Shown: positions 36,355-45,189, counted from the first letter of the stretch. The stretch is DNA of 45,189 nucleotides from Patescibacteria group bacterium (GCA_038065455.1 JBBTQX010000005.1:1-45189); one strand, 5' to 3'. Notes: generated by a model from the sequence alone, not told the origin. Program-made: numbers and translations.

Positions 36355-36820
36355 TTACAATTTTCTTTTCAAAAATACCAAACGAATAAGGATTATCGCG
36401 ACAAATAGAGATAAAAGGAAAAATACCGCCCTTACTGACCACATCTCAATGGCAATTAAAGCGTTGCCGAAAAAATAACCCAAAAGAATGAATGTTATCG
36501 ACCAGAGAACCCCGCTCATAATATTCCAGAATAGAAAAATATCTTTATCCATTTTCCAGAAAAAATTTTATCCCTTTCGTTCCCAAATAATAACTGATGC
36601 CATCGCCAAGGATTGCGCCGATGGCGGCAAACCAAATTAAATCTCCAATATCAAGATAACCCCGCGCAGACATAAAACCAAAAAATCCGACAAAAATTGT
36701 TCCTGGAATAACCAAGCCTATAAACGGCAGTGATTCTACTAAAGATATCAATAACACAATCCAATATCCCCAAATTCCAAAACTCTCAATTGTCGGCAAA
36801 AATGAGTTGATAAATTCCAT
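36355..36820 (-). pseudogene. DedA family protein split by an internal deletion and frameshift
   Basis: ES..FIG..IPG, GAILGD.ISY.LG N-half and F..WN..SG.LW....LLGY.FG C-part lie in different frames; the central GRF.P..R segment is absent. Confidence 0.75.
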
Positions 36821-36823
36821 TGC

Positions 36824-38590
36824 TTAATCAGTATCGTTAAATTGTAAGTTATAGAGCCGCTTGTAAGTTGGGCTTTTCTTTAATAATTCCTTGTGTTTAC
36901 CGGTCATTTCAACCTTATTTTCCTTGAAAACGATGATGATATCCGCATGGAGAATGGTAGAAAGCCGATGAGCGATGATGAACGAGGTGCGATTTTTGAT
37001 GAGCGCGTTGGCCGCTTTCGTGATGAGCCGTTCGCTCTCCGTATCTAAATGACTTGTCGCCTCATCGAAAATCAATATACTCGGATCACGAAGCACCGCC
37101 CGGGCGATACCCACCCGCTGGCGTTCCCCGCCAGAGAGTTTTATACCCCGTTCGCCGACAACCGTCTTATACCCCTTGTCCAATTTGAGAATGAAGTCGT
37201 GTGCCAAAGCAGTCTTCGCGGCATTTTCAACCTGTTCTTTATTCACGTCGGATTTGCCATAAGCGATGTTTTCAATGATAGTTCGGGAGAAGAGATCCAC
37301 TTCCTGTGGCACGACGGCAATCTGCCGGCGCAAGCTTTCCTGCGTTACATCACGGATATCGTTTCCATCGATGGTAATTTTCCCTTTCTGCGGGTCAAAT
37401 GAACGCAAAAGCAGATTAATGAATGTCGTCTTGCCACTTCCCGATCTTCCCACCAATGCAATCGTCTTCCCCGCTGGGAAAATGAGATTAATATCTTTGA
37501 GCGCCCATCGCTTATCATTATGATAGCCGAATGAAACATTTTTAAATTCGATTTGTTTTTGAAGCGGCGCAAGCTCAATAGCATTAAGCTTGTCTTTTAT
37601 GGCATTCGGCTCATCTAAAATCGAGAATAAACGTCCGGCCCGGGTGGCTTGGCGCCGCAATTTCGGAAAAATAACGGATAATTGCGAAAGCGGCTGGTAG
37701 GCCATATTTTGGAGCGTAATATACAAGACGAATTCTCCGATAGTCGCCGTGCCGTTTAAAACGAACCAAGCGCTCAATAAGAGAACCGCCATCCGACCCG
37801 TCGTCGCAATCGCGGTCTGTGTATTTTCTATGACCTGCCACAACCGTTCGGCGCCATATTGGATCTCCCGCGCTTTATACATAAGTATTCTTTCTTTCTC
37901 CGTTTCCACGATCTCTTGAGAGAATTTTTTAACCGTAAGCACATTTCCCGCCACGTCATACATTTCCTTTGAAACATCTTCAAAAGCATTGTTCGCCTGC
38001 TGTTCGATCTCATAAATCCGATTGGACAATTTTCTGGTGACCAGAAGGTAGATCGGAAACGGAACGAGCACGGCAAGCGCAATCCAGACGTTTTCATACA
38101 AGAGTGCCGTAAAGGAGCCAATAAATATCACTAAGGGCGGCAAGAGATTTTGCCCGATGACATCGTTCAAAATACTGTAAATGGCGTTCCTGCCACGTTC
38201 AATGCGCCCGATAATCTGGCCGCTTGAAGAACCATGATGGAAAAGCGCGTGCAACTGAAGATACTTCTCAAATGCGGCATTGGACGCCCTGTCTTCGAGA
38301 TCCGTAACGAGCTTGAAAAGATGATAATTATAACTGGATTGGATAACGCTGGTCACTAGGGTCGCGACCAAAATACCCAAAGCGGAATAAATGATTATGT
38401 TCCATGGTAAAACCCCGCCATTCCTCAAAAAACCCGTCAAAGTATCGATCAAAAATCTGGAGATGAAGGGCACCGATATATTCGAAGCCTGAGAAACAAC
38501 GACTAACCAGAACAAAAAAATCACCGACTTCTTGCGGTCCTTAACGAGCGCGATAACGCGCCGAATGGCGGAAGGTTTTTTAGCCGACAT
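36824..38590 (-). CDS. ABC exporter, fused permease/ATPase (MsbA/Sav1866 type)
   Basis: TMD plus GRSGSGKTT, LSGGERQR, IFDEATS.LD, IAHRLST. Confidence 0.95.
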   Translation of the reverse strand: MSAKKPSAIRRVIALVKDRKKSVIFLFWLVVVSQASNISVPFISRFLIDTLTGFLRNGGVLPWNIIIYSALGILVATLVTSVIQSSYNYHLFKLVTDLEDRASNAAFEKYLQLHALFHHGSSSGQIIGRIERGRNAIYSILNDVIGQNLLPPLVIFIGSFTALLYENVWIALAVLVPFPIYLLVTRKLSNRIYEIEQQANNAFEDVSKEMYDVAGNVLTVKKFSQEIVETEKERILMYKAREIQYGAERLWQVIENTQTAIATTGRMAVLLLSAWFVLNGTATIGEFVLYITLQNMAYQPLSQLSVIFPKLRRQATRAGRLFSILDEPNAIKDKLNAIELAPLQKQIEFKNVSFGYHNDKRWALKDINLIFPAGKTIALVGRSGSGKTTFINLLLRSFDPQKGKITIDGNDIRDVTQESLRRQIAVVPQEVDLFSRTIIENIAYGKSDVNKEQVENAAKTALAHDFILKLDKGYKTVVGERGIKLSGGERQRVGIARAVLRDPSILIFDEATSHLDTESERLITKAANALIKNRTSFIIAHRLSTILHADIIIVFKENKVEMTGKHKELLKKSPTYKRLYNLQFNDTD

Positions 38591-38629
38591 AAATACTATT
38601 ATATTCCTTTCTATTCTTCAATTGTAAGA

Positions 38630-39490
38630 CTAATCTATCGCAAAGCGGACGTAGATTCCGGCGGGAACCAGCCTTCTCGAACCAGCCTCCTCTATCTGAA
38701 GTTCGCCGAATTCCACGCTCTTTTTATCAAAAAAACTTTGAACCGCTTGGAAAAAAGATCGGGGCGAGTATCCCGCCGCGTAGCCGTTCAAAATCAGAAA
38801 AGCGCCTTTCTTCGGAGAAAGAAGTTTCTTCACCGGCTCCAATAACCGGAGTAAGTCCTCCTCTATTTTCCAGACTTCTCCCTTCGGGCCTCGGCCGAAA
38901 GCCGGCGGATCGAGAATGATTCCGTCATAAATTTTTTCCCGGCGGACTTCTCGTTCCGCGAACTTGAGCCCGTCGTCGAGCATATATCTTATCTTGTCTT
39001 CCGGAATTTCCGAAAGCCTCGCGTTCTCTTTGGTCCAATCGTTCGCCTGTTTCGAAGCGTCCACGTGGGTGACATATGCGCCGTTCTTCGCCGCCACGAT
39101 GGTCGCGATGCCCGTATAGCCGAAAAGATTCAAAACCTGCGGAGCTTTGAGCGCGAGCGTTTTTTTCTTGAGCCATTCCCAATTCGGAACTTGTTCCGGA
39201 AAAATGCCGGTGTGTTTAAAAGAAGTGAGCATTACCGAAAAACGGACGTCTTCCCAGGAAAGCTCCCATCTTTCCGGCATATCTTTCTTGCTCCAAACAC
39301 CCTTGCCTTCGAACCAGCGGAATTCCGCTTTGGCTTTTTTCCATTCATCGGGCTTCCCCGGCTTCCAAACAGCCTGGGTTTCCGGCCTAATGACGATAAA
39401 TTCGCCGTAGCGCTCCAGTTTCCGGTTGTTGCCGGAATCAATGAGTTCATAATCTTTCCACGGATGGACGACGAGATTCAGATTATCCAT
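38630..39490 (-). CDS. Class I SAM-dependent methyltransferase (RlmI/RlmK-like)
   Basis: DYELIDSG..RKLER.G, FKHTGIFPEQ, VLNLFGYTG, HVDAS, ILDPPAFGRG. Confidence 0.88.
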   Translation of the reverse strand: MDNLNLVVHPWKDYELIDSGNNRKLERYGEFIVIRPETQAVWKPGKPDEWKKAKAEFRWFEGKGVWSKKDMPERWELSWEDVRFSVMLTSFKHTGIFPEQVPNWEWLKKKTLALKAPQVLNLFGYTGIATIVAAKNGAYVTHVDASKQANDWTKENARLSEIPEDKIRYMLDDGLKFAEREVRREKIYDGIILDPPAFGRGPKGEVWKIEEDLLRLLEPVKKLLSPKKGAFLILNGYAAGYSPRSFFQAVQSFFDKKSVEFGELQIEEAGSRRLVPAGIYVRFAID

Positions 39491-40247
39491 TTCTTTTGAG
39501 GGCGCCCGGATGGCCGAGACTCCAATAAAAAAGAACGATGGCAGCGGAGACGGAGGCATTCAGCGATTCGCACTTCGGATTCATCGGAATGCGGAGCTGG
39601 ACGTCGCACCGCTCGAAAGTCTTTTCGCGGATTCCCCTACCCTCATTCCCGACGATGAAAAGCGACGGCGCGCCGAATTTCTCGTCCGAGATTTCTCTCT
39701 CTCCATTCATTTCCAAACCGTATACGCGAAAATCTTTTTCCTTCAGAATATCCACGGCCCGATTCACGTTGCCCACTTCCACTATCGGGATGCGGAAAAC
39801 CATCCCGGCCGAAACCTTGACCACGGCGCCCGTAATGGGCGCCTGGTTTTTCGCCGGCAGAAGGACGCCGGAAGCGCCGAAAGCGACGGCGGAGCGGATT
39901 ATCGCCCCGACATTTTGCGGGTCCGTCAACTCGTCCAAAAGCACGAGAATGGTGTTTCCATCCGACTTGAGATTTGAAACGAAATCATCGAAATTTACGA
40001 GAATCTCCGCTGGGTCCACCGCGGCAATCACTCCCTGGTGCGACGCGTCTTTGGAAACCATCCTGCCCGCGTCCCCGCCCTTCATTGCCGAAAAAGGGAT
40101 TTTATTCTTTTCCAAAGCGCCGCGGAGTTCGCTCGTATTCGCTTCGGGCGACAAAAAAACTTTCTTCACCGCCCGGGGCGCGTTCCCGAGCGCCTCCATA
40201 AGCGCGTGCTTTCCGTATATATATATCTTTTCCCGTTCCCGTTTCAT
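39483..40247 (-). CDS. rlmB: TrmH/SpoU family rRNA methyltransferase (RlmB-like)
   Basis: IYGKHA..EAL, HQGV.A, LD.LTDPQNVGAIIRSA, VGNEG.G, ESLNASV. Confidence 0.88.
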   Translation of the reverse strand: MKREREKIYIYGKHALMEALGNAPRAVKKVFLSPEANTSELRGALEKNKIPFSAMKGGDAGRMVSKDASHQGVIAAVDPAEILVNFDDFVSNLKSDGNTILVLLDELTDPQNVGAIIRSAVAFGASGVLLPAKNQAPITGAVVKVSAGMVFRIPIVEVGNVNRAVDILKEKDFRVYGLEMNGEREISDEKFGAPSLFIVGNEGRGIREKTFERCDVQLRIPMNPKCESLNASVSAAIVLFYWSLGHPGALKRNG

Positions 40248-40332
40248 AAGTGGATTAATGCCAGTCCAATCAGTATATGAAAAAATCCCCGCTTTTCCAA
40301 GAACGGGGATTAAAAACAATTTCGTTTTTAAC

Positions 40333-40584
40333 CTACAGGTTATTCAGCTGGTCATCGATATTCTTCATTTCCGCGTCCAAATTGCCCGTATCTATCGAAT
40401 TTAGGTCGTTTTGAATAGCGGCTGTGGTATCGCTCCCCGACTGAATCTGGAGAGAATCCGAAACTCCTCCAATCGGAGCCAGAGACTGGGTATTCTGGGT
40501 AACCGCGAAGTAAACGGCTATGACTACGATTATCGCGACAATGACATAGACAATCGTTTTCATTGGTGATTTTGTTTGGTCCAT
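40333..40584 (-). CDS. Small membrane-anchored hypothetical protein
   Basis: TM helix plus SD....I..DL...D...LD.E....D..L acidic motif. Confidence 0.7.
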   Translation of the reverse strand: MDQTKSPMKTIVYVIVAIIVVIAVYFAVTQNTQSLAPIGGVSDSLQIQSGSDTTAAIQNDLNSIDTGNLDAEMKNIDDQLNNL

Positions 40585-40586
40585 AT

Positions 40587-41516
40587 TTATTGAGTTACTT
40601 CCAATTCATCGACTTTGGGTATCTGGGCAAGGGCAGTGGCGACATTATGCACCGCATCACGCGCCGCCTTTAGCGTGGTTTTTACTGATTCCAAGTCCTG
40701 CCTTAATTGATTCCTCGTGCCAGTCAAATCAGTCCGAAGCGTATTTTCATCGGAGACGGTGGTTGAGGAAGAAACAACCGAGTAGGTTTTGCCGGCTTGA
40801 ACTTGAATTGCCGCGCGAGCATCTTCTATGGCTTTCTTGGCCAAATCGCTCGCCGCATTCACCGCATCCACATTCGCGCCGTTCGCGGCGGCTTTTTGGG
40901 AACGGGACAAAATACGATTCAAGACCGCTTCAATCTGATCGACGGATTTTTTAAAATTATCCATCGCTTTTGTATTCAACGAATTAATGCCGTCAAAAAG
41001 TTTTTCGGCAACCTGTTTTTTTCTCTCGTCTTTCACCGTTTCGAGTCTTTTCTTAAATTCCTCGCGCTTAGTCTCGATTTCTTTCTTCATTTCTTCGCGC
41101 TTTGATTCAAAATCTTTTTTGAATTCTTCCCGTTTCATTTCGAATTCGTTCTTAACCTCTTCCCGTTTATCCTGGAAGGCTTTCAACTGTTCGGGCATGA
41201 GCCGTTTCGCTTCAATCGCGGATTTCACTTCCCCTCGAACGGCATCAAATTTCTCTTTCGTTTCTGTTCGCGTTTCCTTCACCTGCTCGCGAATATTTTC
41301 GGCTTCATCTTTCGTTCGTTCGCGAATATCTTTAACATCTTGCTTTAATTCTTCCCGCACATTTTTCGTTTTTTCCACCGCATCCTTGCGAATATTCTGA
41401 ATCGCCTTTATTGGTGCAACTTCCCTCTCCGTATTATTGCTGGTCTGAGCGAACGCCAAAACCGGCGCGATTACCGCCAGACCCAATGCAATGCTCAAAA
41501 TTTTTCCTTTTTTCAT
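40587..41516 (-). CDS. Secreted coiled-coil hypothetical protein
   Basis: Signal peptide ending AFA-Q; long E/K/R-rich helical repeats. Confidence 0.8.
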   Translation of the reverse strand: MKKGKILSIALGLAVIAPVLAFAQTSNNTEREVAPIKAIQNIRKDAVEKTKNVREELKQDVKDIRERTKDEAENIREQVKETRTETKEKFDAVRGEVKSAIEAKRLMPEQLKAFQDKREEVKNEFEMKREEFKKDFESKREEMKKEIETKREEFKKRLETVKDERKKQVAEKLFDGINSLNTKAMDNFKKSVDQIEAVLNRILSRSQKAAANGANVDAVNAASDLAKKAIEDARAAIQVQAGKTYSVVSSSTTVSDENTLRTDLTGTRNQLRQDLESVKTTLKAARDAVHNVATALAQIPKVDELEVTQ

Positions 41517-41567
41517 ATATTATTTTTATTTTTGACCTTTCTTATATTATAGCAAATCCGATGGTTT

Positions 41568-42281
41568 TTATCTTTTCAGATAATGTTCCAGGGTATAAAT
41601 CCAGTCTTCGTCCTGGCCGCTGTCGTTCGTCTTCTGACCCAGGAGCCATTCCAAATAATTCCGGTCGGTTTTCGCCACTTCTTCTACCTTCTTATCTTTA
41701 TATTTGCCGAAATTGAACAACTTAAAAAGAATTGGTCGGGCCGACACTTCGAGCATTTCCGCAATCGCCTGTTCTTCCGTCCGGCCTTCTTTAATCATTC
41801 TCGCGAGAAGCCGATTGAAAAGACTATGAAGCACGTTCACATCCGCCTCGGCGTCATGAACGTTGGCTCCTTCCACATCTAGCTCGAGATAATAGCGCAG
41901 GAATTGCAATCCGTATTCCGGAATGACGTTATTCGGATCCAAATGGCGCGCGATGCGGAAGGTACAAATGCGCCGGGGAACACTCATCCCCTCGGTCTCC
42001 AACATCGCTGCATCGAATTTGGCATTGTGAGCCACCATAATCCCCTCGTCTAAAAGCACTTGGAGTCCACTCATCATCACACTCCCTTTGAAAGATTTCT
42101 TGTCCTCCAATATTTTATTCGTGATATGTGTGATGCTCATCGCCTTCACCGAAATCGGAATGGGCGGCTTGAAATATTCCGTGAACGTCCCCGCGGAGGT
42201 CTGATAACAGACCTGGCACAGCCGGTCCTTGAAGATGTCATTCCCTGTTGTTTCCGTATCCAGAAAAATAAGTTGATTCAT
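41568..42281 (-). CDS. DEDDh 3'-5' exonuclease (DnaQ/ExoX-like)
   Basis: FLDTETTG, VAHNAKFD, HDAEADV; C-terminal FGKYK...DRNYLEWL domain. Confidence 0.92.
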   Translation of the reverse strand: MNQLIFLDTETTGNDIFKDRLCQVCYQTSAGTFTEYFKPPIPISVKAMSITHITNKILEDKKSFKGSVMMSGLQVLLDEGIMVAHNAKFDAAMLETEGMSVPRRICTFRIARHLDPNNVIPEYGLQFLRYYLELDVEGANVHDAEADVNVLHSLFNRLLARMIKEGRTEEQAIAEMLEVSARPILFKLFNFGKYKDKKVEEVAKTDRNYLEWLLGQKTNDSGQDEDWIYTLEHYLKR

Positions 42282-42298
42282 TCTTCCATGATAATACT

Positions 42299-42329
42299 AA
42301 AATACCCAACCACAAGGGCTGGATATTTT
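42299..42329 (-). terminator. Intrinsic terminator just outside the left inverted repeat
   Basis: Minus strand aaaatatccagcc-cttgt-ggttgggtatttt; both imperfections are G-U pairs on the minus strand. Confidence 0.6.
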
Positions 42330-42333
42330 AATA

Positions 42334-42525
42334 TTGGCGGTGTTTTTTGGGCGAAGTTCGAACATTTTTTGACGAAAATCCGAATTTCGAATTTTAAAAT
42401 CCAATCGCTCGGGCGGGCAAAAAGGAAGGGGGTTGGGGGGAAGGAATTTTTGCCCGCCCTCGCTTTCCGATTCCAATTTTTTTCCGCCGCCGAATTTCGT
42501 GCCAGTTGAAAACTGGCGCGCCGCC
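42334..42525 (+). repeat. Left long inverted repeat (att-like core plus GC hairpin)
   Basis: 42334-42500 is the reverse complement of 44837-45006 except for one extra CGG, followed by a variable 17-nt hairpin and gcgccgcc. Confidence 0.95.
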
Positions 42526-43286
42526 TAATTTATAATCGTATTGATAATCTGTAGAATGTCGTGTTTGTGGTTTTTTGACAGAATACCAAACATTTTTAAC
42601 ATCTCCAAAAATACTTTAATATTGCTCTTTGAGATTTCAAAATAGGCAATTTCTTTTACTTCGGCACATCGTCCGATTAAATTATTTTCTGTTTTTAATT
42701 CTGTAATTGGAAAACATAAATATAACATTGGTTGCGTGCCAACCGCATACTGCTTTTCGGTAATTTTTATTTCGGTAACTATTTCATATCTGTTAAATTT
42801 GTAAATCAAAAGTGGATATTTAACCTGAGTATATTCAAAATCAAATCCGTTTATGTTTTTTTCAATTGGGTGGCTACGATCAATTTGCAACTCAGAATTA
42901 TTATCAATCAAATTTTGTTCTTGTATTGAATTAAGATAAGCAACAACATTTTCCAATTCTTCTTTAGTAATGATGTTCCATTTATAAAAATACCAGATAT
43001 ATTCTGATAATTCGTAAAGTGCTTTGATTTTTCCGTTTGCTCCAATAAATTCAGTTTCGGGTAGCGATGATTCCGCTAGCTTTTCTGTTTCCTTTTTAAC
43101 CACATCATAGCCAATTTGCCATTCAACATAATTGCTCAACAAGAAACCGTCTCTTCTAACTGCAACTGGCGTCCCATACTCATTCACGATTGATCGGTTT
43201 TTAATGCGAATTTTTCCGCTAACAGCGGTTAATAAAATTGGAATTTCAATTTTGTGTTCGTCTTTTTTAATTAAAATTTGTGGCAT
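42525..43286 (-). CDS. R.PabI-family (HALFPIPE) restriction DNA glycosylase
   Basis: SGKIRIK.R....YG, YVEWQIGYD, LYELSE, YPLL, KQYAVG.QPMLY.CFP, FGILS..H..D, recognised from R.PabI/R.HpyAXII homologs. Confidence 0.88.
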   Translation of the reverse strand: MPQILIKKDEHKIEIPILLTAVSGKIRIKNRSIVNEYGTPVAVRRDGFLLSNYVEWQIGYDVVKKETEKLAESSLPETEFIGANGKIKALYELSEYIWYFYKWNIITKEELENVVAYLNSIQEQNLIDNNSELQIDRSHPIEKNINGFDFEYTQVKYPLLIYKFNRYEIVTEIKITEKQYAVGTQPMLYLCFPITELKTENNLIGRCAEVKEIAYFEISKSNIKVFLEMLKMFGILSKNHKHDILQIINTIIN

Positions 43287-44439
43287 ATTTTTTTCCAAAT
43301 TTACTTCCCAACAACTCCCTAAAATAGTTATCTATTTTTAGTTTGGCATCAGGAATTTCTCTAAACTTAAATTTATTTTTTAATATCGGATTTGTATGAA
43401 CGCTTTGGGCGATAAAACATTCTTTTATTTTTCCGAATTTTTCATTATCAATTATTACATCACAATTTCCAATGAAATATGGCATTCTATCCGTATATTG
43501 TTTAAAAATATCAATGTAGCAATAATAAGGCAGTTTTTCCATTAATACATAAACAGTATTGTAAGTATCTTCATTAATAAAAGTTCTGTTTCGTTTAAGA
43601 GCATTTATATCCCTCAGTGTCCAAAACTTTGCTACTGGCTTATCATTTTTATTTAAAAAATTTTTATTTGGATATTTTTGAACGTAGTTGACTATCGTAT
43701 CAAAATCTTTTAAACGAAAGACGCCATCATCCTTTACCTTAAACTGATAATTTTGAATATAATCGTAACCCATTCCTACTTCATCCCTTTTATAAAGGGC
43801 GATCAAAATCGGAAAGGCCATTCCGCGAGAAGTATCAGAAAATTCATGACTGCTTATGATTATCCCGTCAATTAATTTATAGTTTTTGGCGAATTTTGAA
43901 AGCAAGGCAAAATTGGCTTTTTTTATTAAATATGATAAAGGATGCAAAACGCAAACATAATCCGCTTTAAGTTTGTCGTAAGACAACAAAAATGACATAC
44001 CCAAATCTCTAGTTTTTATGTCGGCATCAATTTTGTCCTGAATAGAAGTATCTTTAATGGAATTACGAATTATGGACGTAGTATCGTTATATGGGGGGTT
44101 GCCTATGGTTATAATTTTTTCATCATTCTTAATCGTTAAGCTTGAACGATTAACATTCAAAAGAGAATTTTGGCAGATAAAATCAACTTTGCTAATTATT
44201 TTTTTTGCTTCAGAAATTGCTTTTTGATCGATATCGGCCCCAATCAATCTTTTCGCAATGTTATTTTTTGCCAAAAACGAACCGTAACCACAAGAAGAAT
44301 CTATTATTGAAAAATTTTTAATATCTTTAATATTATTTTGCAAAACAGAATAAGCCAAATCAACAATAACCTCGGAAGTATAATAAGATCCAAGGTTAAT
44401 GGCGTCTATATGATTAAGATGTTTTTGGCTTCTATCCAT
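43267..44439 (-). CDS. N6-adenine DNA methyltransferase (M.HpyAXII/PabI-system type)
   Basis: LGSYYT, DSSCGYGSF SAM motif, GADID, GNPPY catalytic motif in gamma order; overlaps the R gene. Confidence 0.92.
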   Translation of the reverse strand: MDRSQKHLNHIDAINLGSYYTSEVIVDLAYSVLQNNIKDIKNFSIIDSSCGYGSFLAKNNIAKRLIGADIDQKAISEAKKIISKVDFICQNSLLNVNRSSLTIKNDEKIITIGNPPYNDTTSIIRNSIKDTSIQDKIDADIKTRDLGMSFLLSYDKLKADYVCVLHPLSYLIKKANFALLSKFAKNYKLIDGIIISSHEFSDTSRGMAFPILIALYKRDEVGMGYDYIQNYQFKVKDDGVFRLKDFDTIVNYVQKYPNKNFLNKNDKPVAKFWTLRDINALKRNRTFINEDTYNTVYVLMEKLPYYCYIDIFKQYTDRMPYFIGNCDVIIDNEKFGKIKECFIAQSVHTNPILKNKFKFREIPDAKLKIDNYFRELLGSKFGKKYATNFN

Positions 44440-44447
44440 ACAACTTC

Positions 44448-44456
44448 ATTATATCA
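44448..44456 (-). promoter_or_regulatory. Extended -10 promoter for the methyltransferase
   Basis: TGaTATAAT 8 nt upstream of the ATG (near-leaderless). Confidence 0.55.
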
Positions 44457-44495
44457 ATTTTTTCTAATTTTGAATAATCTTTTTTTGACATATTT

Positions 44496-44717
44496 TTATT
44501 TCATTAAATCATCAATGCCAATTCCCAAACCTTTGGCTATTTTTATAACTGTTTGGATTGATGGCTTAGTGATGACATTTGTTTCAATTTTGGTCAGTGT
44601 TGTATAGGGAAGATCGGATTTTCTCGCCAATTCGTCCTGCGTTAAACCCTGCTTATTTCTAAGTAGTTTTATCTTATCCCCAATTGTTTCGTTTTCGTTA
44701 TTGTTTTGACTTTTCAT
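44496..44717 (-). CDS. XRE-family HTH regulator (C-protein-like)
   Basis: IG.KIK.LR...GLTQ.ELA......TL.KIE....PSI.T..KIA..L; upstream of M and R. Confidence 0.9.
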   Translation of the reverse strand: MKSQNNNENETIGDKIKLLRNKQGLTQDELARKSDLPYTTLTKIETNVITKPSIQTVIKIAKGLGIGIDDLMK

Positions 44718-44811
44718 AGTTTCCAAAGTATGATAGTATTAGTATGGGTGCTTGTTTAAGCCTTCATAAATATGATAACAAATATAACGAATTTAATCAA
44801 ACAAATTTCCT

Positions 44812-45006
44812 GGCGGCGCATTTCGCAAAGCGCAATACGAAATTCGGCGGCGGCGGAAAAAAATTGGAATCGGAAAGCGAGGGCGGGCAAAAATTCCTTC
44901 CCCCCAACCCCCTTCCTTTTTGCCCGCCCGAGCGATTGGATTTTAAAATTCGAAATTCGGATTTTCGTCAAAAAATGTTCGAACTTCGCCCAAAAAACAC
45001 CGCCAA
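44812..45006 (-). repeat. Right long inverted repeat
   Basis: Reverse-complement partner of 42334-42525. Confidence 0.95.
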
Positions 45007-45131
45007 AATTCGGAATTCAAATTTCCGCCAAAAATATGGGCGGCGCGAAGCGCCGTCTGTTCTGCATTCCCCCCACAAAATCCTGATTCTGCAAGGATTC
45101 GCCACGCTCCGCGTGGCTCCTCGTTTGCCAA
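44943..45131 (-). pseudogene. Probable C-terminal remnant of a serine recombinase
   Basis: EPRGAWRILAESGF...FWRCFLGEVRTFFDENP resembles C-termini of CPR island recombinases; no open frame upstream within the window. Confidence 0.45.
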
Positions 45132-45189
45132 TACAATTATGAATAATCAAACCAAAAAGTTTTTCATTTATACTCGCAAGTCTACGGAC

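Noticed and set aside
42060-42509. ORFs sharing KIQSLGRAKRKGVGGKEFLPA (also 44756-44971)
   Set aside because: The identity simply reflects the DNA inverted repeat; there is no evidence of a protein.

Overview
This is a bacterial chromosomal segment that looks like Patescibacteria/CPR (Parcubacteria-like): no rpmD (L30) between rpsE and rplO, shortened L3 and L5, charged terminal extensions, little Shine-Dalgarno usage, genetic code 11. The core is the str-S10-spc ribosomal protein superoperon (rpsL to secY, adk, map) on the minus strand. Around it lie housekeeping genes (rplS, RluA, sod, ABC-F, dprA, topA, rpmB, rpoD, dnaG, obgE, rlmB), four tRNAs and several decaying accessory genes (HepT with a premature TAG, TIGR03790-like and DedA genes with internal deletions). 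The ORF track does not explain two things. (1) A dense layer of non-coding palindromic elements: a four-copy 125-138 bp ERIC/MITE-like family with covarying terminal stems sitting at TAA/stop codons, a second ~106 bp family, large multibranched structures with strand-specific G-U/G-T wobble pairs, and small palindromes inserted in-frame in topA. (2) At the right end, an AT-rich HTH + methyltransferase + R.PabI-family restriction glycosylase cassette bracketed by near-perfect ~170 bp inverted repeats that contain an att-like serine-recombinase C-terminus, possibly an invertible or mobile defence cassette. All family assignments come from motif recognition; no database searches were run.
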